Shown here piece after piece: positions 1-8,253 of a stretch of 64,000 bases of DNA. The position numbers and the translations under genes are program-made. Source of the stretch: a virus; IMG/VR virus record IMGVR_UViG_3300046804_000544, positions 68,917 through 132,916 of that record; one strand, given 5' to 3'. The notes below the pieces were generated by a model. The model was not told where the DNA came from, made no database searches, and saw only the letters and a list, made by a program, of their open reading frames with translations. The stretch's first letter is position 1; the number at the start of each line of letters is the position of its first letter.

Positions 1-20
1 CCTTTTTGAAATATTTTTCT

Positions 21-156
21 AACAGCAAATCCGGTTGTATGTAGGCATATCCGAACATCGTCCTGTAAAGGATAGTTGCTATTGACTCACAACGGCGAGA
101 GATTTCCTTACCCTGCGACATCACCAGGGATTTGGGCGTCCGAAATTAGCTGACGC
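21..156 (-). ncRNA. Candidate structured non-coding RNA downstream of the GIY-YIG gene (runs towards/off the left edge)
   Basis: Six short helices in ~140 nt: 136-140/152-156, 111-115/125-129, 86-90/95-99, 61-64/69-72, 38-41/46-49 (extended by 32-34/51-53) and a closing helix 21-28/76-83. Two contain G-U pairs only on the minus strand. GC of 1-160 is 73/160. An open minus frame from ATG 121 is an alternative explanation. Confidence 0.4.
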
Positions 157-161
157 TGGCT

Positions 162-605
162 TTAACCGTTTGTTTTTGCCTGTGCTTGTTCTTGTAGGCG
201 TTGCCTTAAGACAGTTGAGCCGCCAATTCTACAGTTGATAATACCATTATAGTATTCATCTGACTCTAAAACTCTGCGTTCAAACTGTTCTCGTGCCTCT
301 AGATATGACATTTCTGCCTTACTTTTGCAGTAATAAAGTATTTCTCTTGTGAATTTTTCTGGACCTAATGCCTGTACGTCTGCTTGTAGCCTATCGCTTG
401 AACTCCAATAATCACGCCAATCGCTTTCAACAACTGAGCGTCTTTTGAGTTTTTTGCCTTTGAGAGGCGGCCTAGTTTTTTTAAATTGGGCTAATTTTTT
501 GCCTATGTATTTTTGTCCAGTGGTGAGATTTGTAATAAGATAAACAAAGCCAATATAGCCTTCTGGTATTTCTTCTACTAATTGATTGTGATAGACCCAC
601 GTCAT
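162..605 (-). CDS. Minimal GIY-YIG family endonuclease (T4 Seg/EndoII-like catalytic domain only)
   Basis: GFVYLITN...KYIGKK motif, conserved Arg/Glu/Asn region (REIL, LEAREQ, YYNG). ATG at 605 preferred over TTG at 608. Confidence 0.8.
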   Translation of the reverse strand: MTWVYHNQLVEEIPEGYIGFVYLITNLTTGQKYIGKKLAQFKKTRPPLKGKKLKRRSVVESDWRDYWSSSDRLQADVQALGPEKFTREILYYCKSKAEMSYLEAREQFERRVLESDEYYNGIINCRIGGSTVLRQRLQEQAQAKTNG

Positions 606-608
606 CAA

Positions 609-863
609 TTATGTAGTATCTTGAGCCTGATTCTTCTGTTGTTTTTGAGCGGCACGATATGCCGGAGATTTAATTTTAGGTTTCTTTTTACGTATTTGTA
701 ATATTTCTTCGCGCATTTCTAGCGCAATTCGCCTAATTTCATATAAATGTTTTCTTAGCCTAATACCACTGGCATGTGATTCATAAGTTTCCCAGTTTTG
801 ATTTTCTTCAAAATAGGCGCGAAACTCTTTCATCAATGCTTCGTGGAGATGCCTTGTAGTCAT
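609..863 (-). CDS. Small basic helical protein, resembles histone H1-like Hc1 family
   Basis: ASGIRLRKHLYEIRRIA resembles the AAGTRARKASLE core of Hc1-like proteins; K/R-rich tail; ATGA overlap with gp46. Confidence 0.45.
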   Translation of the reverse strand: MTTRHLHEALMKEFRAYFEENQNWETYESHASGIRLRKHLYEIRRIALEMREEILQIRKKKPKIKSPAYRAAQKQQKNQAQDTT

Positions 864-2641
864 TCTTCAATTTCTAAATCGTTAGCATAACTGGTAAAAC
901 CGTTTTCTTTAACAACTTTTAACACATTGTTAACACGACCTACCAATTCATCTTTGTGGCTGATGAGATAAATGTTTTTATTACGTTCACGAGCCATCTT
1001 CTTCAATACTGCTAGTGCATTTTCGACACCGGCAGCATCTAAACCGTTGTCAATCAATTCATCGATAAACAACAAATTGATATTTTGATATAGGCTTTCC
1101 CATACATCACGGAAACTCCAGCTCAATCCTAAGATCAATCTGTTGCGTTCACCACGCGACAAGTTGTCAAAGTCTAAATCTTGTCCTAATTGCGTAATTT
1201 CTACATTCAAATCGTTTAAGAAACTGACTTGATGCGGTAATCCCATCTTGTCAAGATAGTAAGTTAATCTGTTATTCAAATAGGCCAAGTTCTGATCAAT
1301 AATCTTTTTACGGATAAAACTGTCTTTGTTAGTTAATAACTTGAGTAGGAACTCTTGATGATCTTTCAAACTGGTCAACGCATTAATGTTATCCCAACTG
1401 ATTGTTTGTATAGCAGTCTTACGTAGGTCATCAATCTGTTCTTGATATGGATCTACTTCTTGTTGACGAATAGCCAATGCATTTTCTAAACTGGTTAAAT
1501 TGTTTTGGTGCTTGAGTGCTTCTTCAAGAGCGTCATAATAGGTGGTAGGTCGCCCATTAATGTCACCTATTGCATCTAATTCTTGAATAATCGAAGCATA
1601 ACTATCGCTGAGTCCCTGCAAATAGATAAGCGCATCTTCTAAATTCTTTTCAGCAATAGCAGTCATTTCTTCATGCGTCTGCGTATGTACACCTTGTTTA
1701 CAACTTGGACAAGTATTATTTTTTAATTGTTCTACTTCTTCTTGATATTTTGTTACTTGTTTGTCTGCTTGTGTAATTGCAGTTTCTATAGTGGCTTTTT
1801 CTTTGTTAAGACTTTTGATCTTAGCTGATAGTTCGTCGTATACCTTTAGTTTAGCATGTTGCTCTAATTCACGTTCAATATCAACTGCTTGTAATTCCAG
1901 TATGCTAGCAGCAATCTTTTCACAGTCTGATTTTTGTTGTGCATACCAAGCCTTTTGTCTAGTTTCTAAACCAGAAATGCTTTGTTCAATCTTATCGTTA
2001 GAACGTTTAGCTGCTTCAATATCAGCAGTTTCTTGTGTAATAGCATCTTTAGTATTACGTATCTGTTCTTTAAGCAGTTCTGCTTTCTCACTTAGCAGTG
2101 TAATACCTAGCAATTGTTCAATAATTTCTCTTTGTTCGTTTGCTTTTAAACTTAAAAATGGCTCGGTATAAGTGTTTAAAGCCACAATATGACGGAACAT
2201 GTCGTGACTCATACCTAATAATTGATCAATATCCTTTTGTGTTTCACGCATGTCACCTTGACTATCGTCAGTTTCTTCTGCGCCTTGCTCTTGATCATTA
2301 ACATAGAACTTCATCACAGTGGGTTTGCGTCCACGCTCGATCTTATACTTGTTACCATCTTTGTCAAACGTCAGGGTGACCAACATGTTTTTACCATTAA
2401 TCTTGTTGATCAGGTTATCTTTCTTAATGTTAGTCAGCGCCTGCCCATATAATGCGAAACTTAACGCATTAACAATAGTAGTCTTACCAGTGCCGTTTCG
2501 AGAGCCGGAATCGTCACCTCCTTGGTCCAAGTTCTCGCCTAGAACGAGCGTTAAGTTTTCTTTACCAAAATTTACGGCCTGGGTTTGATTGCCCACGCTC
2601 ATAAAGTTTTTAACGGTTAATTCTTTTAGTTTTAAACTCAT
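860..2641 (-). CDS. gp46: Recombination endonuclease ATPase subunit (Rad50/SbcC, T4 gp46-like)
   Basis: Walker A GSRNGTGKT, coiled coil with CPSC zinc hook, signature LSRGE, Walker B LLFIDE, H-loop ISHK. Confidence 0.95.
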   Translation of the reverse strand: MSLKLKELTVKNFMSVGNQTQAVNFGKENLTLVLGENLDQGGDDSGSRNGTGKTTIVNALSFALYGQALTNIKKDNLINKINGKNMLVTLTFDKDGNKYKIERGRKPTVMKFYVNDQEQGAEETDDSQGDMRETQKDIDQLLGMSHDMFRHIVALNTYTEPFLSLKANEQREIIEQLLGITLLSEKAELLKEQIRNTKDAITQETADIEAAKRSNDKIEQSISGLETRQKAWYAQQKSDCEKIAASILELQAVDIERELEQHAKLKVYDELSAKIKSLNKEKATIETAITQADKQVTKYQEEVEQLKNNTCPSCKQGVHTQTHEEMTAIAEKNLEDALIYLQGLSDSYASIIQELDAIGDINGRPTTYYDALEEALKHQNNLTSLENALAIRQQEVDPYQEQIDDLRKTAIQTISWDNINALTSLKDHQEFLLKLLTNKDSFIRKKIIDQNLAYLNNRLTYYLDKMGLPHQVSFLNDLNVEITQLGQDLDFDNLSRGERNRLILGLSWSFRDVWESLYQNINLLFIDELIDNGLDAAGVENALAVLKKMARERNKNIYLISHKDELVGRVNNVLKVVKENGFTSYANDLEIEE

Positions 2642-3651
2642 AGGTTGTTGTAAATGCTGAGTAGCACCTTAGGATCAAAGCTGTCGCTTTGTATATTAAC
2701 TAATTGATTGGTTACAATTTGATCAACACTTTCAAATTTTTGAATATCAATGTCTGTGTTGATTTCTAATTCTTTTTTCTCTGGAATAAGCGTAAGTTCA
2801 CGGATGTCATAGTCTTCCATAAACTTTTCTTTGATAAAACTAGCTTCTTCGTAGCTTATATCAATGTCTAAACTTACACGAAGGTGCTGTTTAGGTTTAA
2901 TAATTGTATCTGCTTCGTCAATAAGTTGACTTAGTTTAACTGTACGAAATGTGGGTTGTGCATCCCAAGTAAAATATTCAGGTTGACCACCCCACTCTAA
3001 GACCATCATGCCACGTTCATCATCCCATGCATCTGCATAGTTGTGAGGGAAAGCATTGCCAATATAGACCATGTTACGCTTTTGCTGACGTTTGTGAAAG
3101 TGTCCGCTAAAACCTAGCTCATACCCTTCAAATGCTTCTAACTGTATGTCACCGTGATCAGGCATTTGCACCATGGCATTCATCATAAAGTGCGGCAACT
3201 CAAAGTGTCCAAAGATGTATCTGGCTTTCTTTTTACCAATAGACTTCCATTCTTCGCCCACTAACCACGGGCAAAGTGTAACGTCTCCAACAGTAGTTGG
3301 TTGATGAACTACAGTAATACCTGGAATGTATTTGCCAAACTCTACTGAGTGGATATCTCGCTTATCTTTATAATAAAGATCATGATTGCCAGGGAAAAAA
3401 TAAAACTGATCAAAAGCCTGTCCAAGTTTCTCCAGTGCTCGTAGGCTGTAGTCCATAGTAGTAATGTTAAGACTATTGCGATTGTGGTGCCAATCGCCCA
3501 TAAAAATGCCAGTGTCACAACCTTCCTCCTTGGCTTTTTGTATATACCAATCTACAAAGTCTTCACAGTCTTGGTTATGTGTAGAACTATTTGATTTTAG
3601 TCCAAAATGTATGTCTGTAAAACAGGCTACTTTCTTAAAAAGATTACTCAT
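2638..3651 (-). CDS. gp47: Recombination endonuclease nuclease subunit (Mre11/SbcD, T4 gp47-like)
   Basis: Phosphoesterase motifs DIHFG, GDWHH, GNHD, SGHFH; coupled to gp46. Confidence 0.95.
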   Translation of the reverse strand: MSNLFKKVACFTDIHFGLKSNSSTHNQDCEDFVDWYIQKAKEEGCDTGIFMGDWHHNRNSLNITTMDYSLRALEKLGQAFDQFYFFPGNHDLYYKDKRDIHSVEFGKYIPGITVVHQPTTVGDVTLCPWLVGEEWKSIGKKKARYIFGHFELPHFMMNAMVQMPDHGDIQLEAFEGYELGFSGHFHKRQQKRNMVYIGNAFPHNYADAWDDERGMMVLEWGGQPEYFTWDAQPTFRTVKLSQLIDEADTIIKPKQHLRVSLDIDISYEEASFIKEKFMEDYDIRELTLIPEKKELEINTDIDIQKFESVDQIVTNQLVNIQSDSFDPKVLLSIYNNL

Positions 3652-3657
3652 GGTTGT

Positions 3658-3686
3658 ATATTACAGTCTTTACCAATTAAAATCAA
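3658..3686 (-). promoter_or_regulatory. Possible sigma70-type promoter giving a leaderless gp47 mRNA
   Basis: TTGATT-N17-TAATAT followed 6 nt later by the ATG at 3651; no Shine-Dalgarno upstream. Confidence 0.35.
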
Positions 3687-4513
3687 TCGCTAGCTTCTTC
3701 ATTTCTGCGTAGTGCCGCAGCATGTTCGCCTTCGCCCATTCTAGTATAACTAGGATTCATTCCGTTAATTTCTAACAGGTCGTCTCGAATAACTTGATTA
3801 CGTTTTTCAATATTGATAATTCGAACAAAACTGTTTGTAACTGCGGCAGTAAAATAAGCAAAAGGATTGTTTGACTTTGATTCATCAAATTGTAAACCAA
3901 TCTGTGTAAGCTGTAGAATAGCTTGTCCACGCATTTCATCGTTGTAGGTATAGCCACGAACATTGCCTCTAGTAGCATAACGCTCGCATAATTTAATATA
4001 CATGCGAGCTAGATTATTGGTAATTTGTCCGTGTTCTTTATTGAACTTGCCCTTTTCAATAGTGCCCTTCCAGTGACTTTTGCCTACACAGACTAGTACA
4101 TCGTTTTCGTCAAACTTCCAATGCTGGAAAGGCGGAAAATTAACTTTATCGCGGCCGTCTGCTACGGTCTTTGGATTACGTTTGCGTGTTGAGTTTAACG
4201 GAATATGATCAAAAGTCATGATTCTAAAAATCAAATCTTCTTTTTTGATCTTTTTATAATCAACTTCGCAGTCAGCCTGTTTGACTTTTTCGCCTGCAGA
4301 TTTACGTGCTTCGTATGCCTGCTGCCCTAATCTTTTAGCTTGATTGCGCTTTGCTTCTGCAATAGTCCTGATATTAATTTTTTCAATACTAGGTAAAATA
4401 ATATCGTATTGGTGATATTCTGGTTTGACAAATGTACAGTAAGTATTCTTTGATTTGTGTATTTCGTCTAACAGGTCTTTGTTATTAAGGTAATTTATTT
4501 TCATAGTTGTCAT
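3683..4513 (-). CDS. gp55: Late-transcription sigma factor (T4 gp55-like)
   Basis: YLNNKDLL N-terminus; YTYNDEMRGQAILQL...FDESKSNNPFAYFT...NSFVRIINIEKR region typical of gp55; synteny with gp47/gp46. Confidence 0.85.
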   Translation of the reverse strand: MTTMKINYLNNKDLLDEIHKSKNTYCTFVKPEYHQYDIILPSIEKINIRTIAEAKRNQAKRLGQQAYEARKSAGEKVKQADCEVDYKKIKKEDLIFRIMTFDHIPLNSTRKRNPKTVADGRDKVNFPPFQHWKFDENDVLVCVGKSHWKGTIEKGKFNKEHGQITNNLARMYIKLCERYATRGNVRGYTYNDEMRGQAILQLTQIGLQFDESKSNNPFAYFTAAVTNSFVRIINIEKRNQVIRDDLLEINGMNPSYTRMGEGEHAAALRRNEEASD

Positions 4514-4523
4514 AGTTCCTGTT

Positions 4524-4552
4524 ATTATAAAGTATGCACTTTATTTTGTCAA
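4524..4552 (-). promoter_or_regulatory. Perfect sigma70 promoter for the gp55-like gene
   Basis: TTGACA (4552-4547), 17-nt spacer, TATAAT (4529-4524). Confidence 0.85.
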
Positions 4553-4553
4553 C

Positions 4554-4559
4554 TAAATA
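4554..4559 (+). promoter_or_regulatory. T4-type late promoter motif (TAAATA) for the baseplate operon
   Basis: AACTAAATATAA at 4551-4562, identical to the 12-mer at 32071-32082; SD AAGGAG then ATG 4580. Confidence 0.65.
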
Positions 4560-4579
4560 TAACAATAAAGGAGTCCATA

Positions 4580-5638
4580 ATGGCATTATTTGACAGCGTT
4601 TCTGGCGTATTCGGGCAAGCTGCCAGTAGTTTAGGGTCTAATGCGTCGTCTGCTATGGGAGCCATTGGATCGGTAGCCGGTACTGTTAGTAAAATGGCCG
4701 GTGCATTAAATAATTTATCTAATCCCGCAGCTCTGGTCAGTTCATTACGGCGCATAAATTTACCAGCTGGCGGAAATCCATCTCTCGGTGGTCAAGGAGC
4801 ATCGGCGCAATTTGCTACCGATAGTAGCGACTGGCGAGTACGATTAAGTTTGCCAACTGCCGGCGGATTTACAGACAGTCCAATTCTTCAACCGCTAGTT
4901 CAAGCAGGAGGTTTAGTATTTCCCTATACACCCAGTATGAGTATTGCCAGCGATGCAACGTACGAAGACACTCCATTAACACATCAAAATTTTAATTTTA
5001 TATCATATAAAAATAGTCGGGCAAGCACTATACAAATTACTGCACCATTTAACGTAGAAGATTCTGTACAGGCAGCTTATTGGTTAGCCGCTGTACATTA
5101 TATGCGTTCTGTTACTAAAATGTTTGCCGGAGAAGATGAAGAAGCTGGAAATCCTCCTCCTATTGTTTATCTAAACGGTTACGGTGACTACGTGTTTAAA
5201 AATATACCAGTGGTAATAAAAAGTTTTAGTATAGACCTTCCACAGGGTGTGGATTATATTTCAACAAATGCAGGACAATCGGGATCATTTGGCGGATTTG
5301 GTTTAGGATCTGCTGGCGGGGGCCAAACTATCGAAGGTATGGCCGCTACTACTGGCGCATTGGCGGGACTAGCCGGTGCTGTTGGCAGTGCTAAAGCTGC
5401 TAAAGCACTTGGTGTTGTCAGCGCAGGACTAGGAATTGCCGGAGGTGTAAAAAACTTATTAGGTGCTGCCGCAGGCGGATCATTGTTTGGTGGCGCAGCA
5501 GCATCCGGAGCTAGTCATGTACCTGTAAAAAGTTCAATGAATGTTACATTGCAACCAATTTATAGTAGACAAAAAATTAAAGAATTCAGCCTTAAACAAT
5601 TTGTTTCTGGTGCGTATGTTAATAGTGGGTATAACTAA
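4580..5638 (+). CDS. Baseplate/tail-tube initiator-type protein (gp48/gp54-like)
   Basis: First gene of baseplate module; GLVFPYTP...GNPPPIVYLNGYG...NIPVVIKSFSIDLP pattern typical of tube-fold baseplate proteins; long Gly/Ala insert. Confidence 0.55.
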   Translation: MALFDSVSGVFGQAASSLGSNASSAMGAIGSVAGTVSKMAGALNNLSNPAALVSSLRRINLPAGGNPSLGGQGASAQFATDSSDWRVRLSLPTAGGFTDSPILQPLVQAGGLVFPYTPSMSIASDATYEDTPLTHQNFNFISYKNSRASTIQITAPFNVEDSVQAAYWLAAVHYMRSVTKMFAGEDEEAGNPPPIVYLNGYGDYVFKNIPVVIKSFSIDLPQGVDYISTNAGQSGSFGGFGLGSAGGGQTIEGMAATTGALAGLAGAVGSAKAAKALGVVSAGLGIAGGVKNLLGAAAGGSLFGGAAASGASHVPVKSSMNVTLQPIYSRQKIKEFSLKQFVSGAYVNSGYN

Positions 5639-5937
5639 TGGCAACTTATAAAAATTCTAGTCCTTGGAAAGATACTGAGATAGTTAATAACTATCTAGAC
5701 ATATTGTCTATTCGAACTATTCCTGCAGAAGATGATGATTTCCTCTACACTATTGAACCTCAGTATAGTCATAGGCCTGATCTACTAGCATATGACCTGT
5801 ATCAAAATCCTAAATTGTGGTGGGTTTTTATACAAAGAAATTTAGATGTGCTGCAAGATCCAATATACGATTTTATTCCCGGTGTGCAAATTTACATACC
5901 TAAAGGAAATAAATTAGCAGCTAAATTAGGAATGTAA
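5638..5937 (+). CDS. Baseplate wedge protein, LysM-like (gp53-like)
   Basis: RPDLLAYDLYQNPKLWWVF...N motif typical of gp53/LysM baseplate proteins. Confidence 0.75.
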   Translation: MATYKNSSPWKDTEIVNNYLDILSIRTIPAEDDDFLYTIEPQYSHRPDLLAYDLYQNPKLWWVFIQRNLDVLQDPIYDFIPGVQIYIPKGNKLAAKLGM

Positions 5938-5938
5938 C

Positions 5939-8251
5939 ATGGGATTTTTTGATGAAGCTAAAGCAGCAGCTACCACCGCTGCCTCCCAAGCGTCAAAGTT
6001 AGTTTCTGGATCAGCCGTAAGTCAAAGCCTTAACAGTGCTGCACAATCTGCACAAAATATCAAAACGGCTATTAGCACAGGACTTAGTAATGTTGGTACT
6101 TCTATAGGCACTGCTATTCCTGGACTAATTTCAGAACTTCAAGGAGCCAACGGCGTTGGCGGGGTATTAACAGGAAGACCTGAACTAAACATAAAAAACT
6201 ATGCAGGCGGCGCAAAATTAGATGTTTCTGATACGCCTCCGTTTCCAAATATATTGAATAGTTATAGTTCGTTTAACTATGTTTTTACTTTAAGTGTGCT
6301 TCCTGATACACACATTAATGATCCCGACGGAACTTATCGTAAAGGAGATCTTGGCCCTATCATTATAAGATCAGTTGGACTTTCTGATTTTAACTATGAA
6401 TTTTTTATTGACAATGTAAAGATAAGCGGCATGGCAGGATTAAATCAAGGTACCGGTAATTCAAATGCACTAGGGCTTAGTTTTCAAATTATAGAACCTT
6501 ATAGTTTTGGATTATTTTTTCAGGTTTTGCAAACTGCTGCATTAAGTGCAGGATATCTAAACTATTTAGATGTACCAATATTATTAACTATTGAGTTTAA
6601 AGGTCATATAGATCCTAGCGGATTAAATGTAACTATACCACAAAGTAAAAGAATGTTTCCAATGAAATTAAGAGATTTGCAAATGCGAGTTTCTGGAAAA
6701 GGTTGTACATATGATGTTGAAGCATATCCCTGGAATGAGCAAGCCTTCTCAGATAGTTTTAATAAAGTAAAATCTGATATTAACATTAGTTGTAACAAAG
6801 GCGGGACATACAAAGTTGAAGACTTACTTAAAAAAGCAGAAAAGAGTTTAGTCAATGTTATCAATAAATGGTTTAAAGATCAAATTAAAGAAGGTAACAG
6901 AGATTACGCAGATGAAATTGACATTGAATTTCCCGACGATATAAGTTCTGCTAGTAACTCAAATTCTACAAATGTAATAGGAAAAGCTGGTTTAGGATTA
7001 GACCTATTTAACAAAGGTGAAACACCGTTTGGCAAAGATAACTTTGCATATGATGCTGCTACAGGAATTTATAAAAGAGGAAATTTAACTATTGATCCAA
7101 ATAATGCAGACTTTAAATTTGCTCAAGGAGCAACAATTCAAGATATTATTAATCAAATTATAATGACTAGTGATTACGGTCGTCAGGCACTAAAAAAAGA
7201 AAACTGGACACAAAGCGGCCAGGTCTTATGGTGGAGGATTGAAACAAAACTGTTTATTAAACCATTACCAGAAGATAAAAAAATGGGTAAAAAAGTAAAA
7301 AAAGCTGTGTTCAGAGTTGTACCATATGCTGTTGATGCCAGTGTGTTTACACAGGTAAACTCAAAAAATCCTGGGGTAGAAGAAAAAAAACAACAGGCTT
7401 TAAAAGAATACAATTATATCTATACAGGAAAAAATATAGATATATTAGATTTTGCCATTGAGTTTAAGGCAGGATTTTATACGGCGTTAAATGCAGATGC
7501 GGGAAAGAATTCCGAAACACAGAAAGGCCTATCAGCAGCTACTGGTAATGCTGGTGTACAAAAGGATGAAATAAATTCAAAAAATCCTAGCGGAGGAAAA
7601 CCAGGACTAAATCCTCGAGTTGTAAAAGATGATAAACTACGTTCTCGAACAGCATTGTTAGGAGGAACTGGCGTTGATGATGCTGCAACAATCGCTTCAA
7701 GACAATTTCATGATATTGTTACTAAAGGTTACGACATGATAAATCTCAATATGACAATATTGGGAGATCCTTACTACATAACAGATAGTGGCATGGGAAA
7801 TTATTCTGCACAGCAAACAACAAAAGAAAATATTAATGCAGACGGAGCAATGGATTATCAAACAGGTGAAGTAGTTATTACTGTAAATTTTAGAACACCT
7901 ATAGACATTAAAGCAGATCGTTCAGGTATGTACGATTTTGGCACGGCTACGCAACCAGTTGTACAATTTAGCGGATTGTTTAAAGTTTTAGGTATTGAAA
8001 GTATGTTTAATGCTGGTAAATTTACCCAAACACTAAGTTTAATTAGAATACCGAATCAAGAAAATACCAAAGCACCAGATCCGGTGCCAGCGGAAAAAGA
8101 GCTACCAATGCCAGAAACTGAGTGGACCGACGGATCTGATGCCCAGGCTGCAATTGAAGCAGCTAATGCAGCAGAAGGTGTTGAAGGAACTCCAATTTCT
8201 GATCAAGAAGCAGAAGCTAATCGTGCAGCTCTAGGAGATTTTGCAGGTTAA
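5939..8251 (+). CDS. Baseplate hub-type protein (gp27/phage late control D-like)
   Basis: Position between gp53-like and gp5-like genes; C-terminal LNMTILGDPYY...FSGLFKVLGIESMFNAGKFTQTLSLIR hub-like motif. Confidence 0.55.
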   Translation: MGFFDEAKAAATTAASQASKLVSGSAVSQSLNSAAQSAQNIKTAISTGLSNVGTSIGTAIPGLISELQGANGVGGVLTGRPELNIKNYAGGAKLDVSDTPPFPNILNSYSSFNYVFTLSVLPDTHINDPDGTYRKGDLGPIIIRSVGLSDFNYEFFIDNVKISGMAGLNQGTGNSNALGLSFQIIEPYSFGLFFQVLQTAALSAGYLNYLDVPILLTIEFKGHIDPSGLNVTIPQSKRMFPMKLRDLQMRVSGKGCTYDVEAYPWNEQAFSDSFNKVKSDINISCNKGGTYKVEDLLKKAEKSLVNVINKWFKDQIKEGNRDYADEIDIEFPDDISSASNSNSTNVIGKAGLGLDLFNKGETPFGKDNFAYDAATGIYKRGNLTIDPNNADFKFAQGATIQDIINQIIMTSDYGRQALKKENWTQSGQVLWWRIETKLFIKPLPEDKKMGKKVKKAVFRVVPYAVDASVFTQVNSKNPGVEEKKQQALKEYNYIYTGKNIDILDFAIEFKAGFYTALNADAGKNSETQKGLSAATGNAGVQKDEINSKNPSGGKPGLNPRVVKDDKLRSRTALLGGTGVDDAATIASRQFHDIVTKGYDMINLNMTILGDPYYITDSGMGNYSAQQTTKENINADGAMDYQTGEVVITVNFRTPIDIKADRSGMYDFGTATQPVVQFSGLFKVLGIESMFNAGKFTQTLSLIRIPNQENTKAPDPVPAEKELPMPETEWTDGSDAQAAIEAANAAEGVEGTPISDQEAEANRAALGDFAG

Positions 8252-8253
8252 TT

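Noticed and set aside
1-608. Group I intron carrying the GIY-YIG ORF
   Set aside because: No room for a 5' intron half (an upstream ORF ends at 609), no interrupted host gene, and no recognisable P7 R/S elements.
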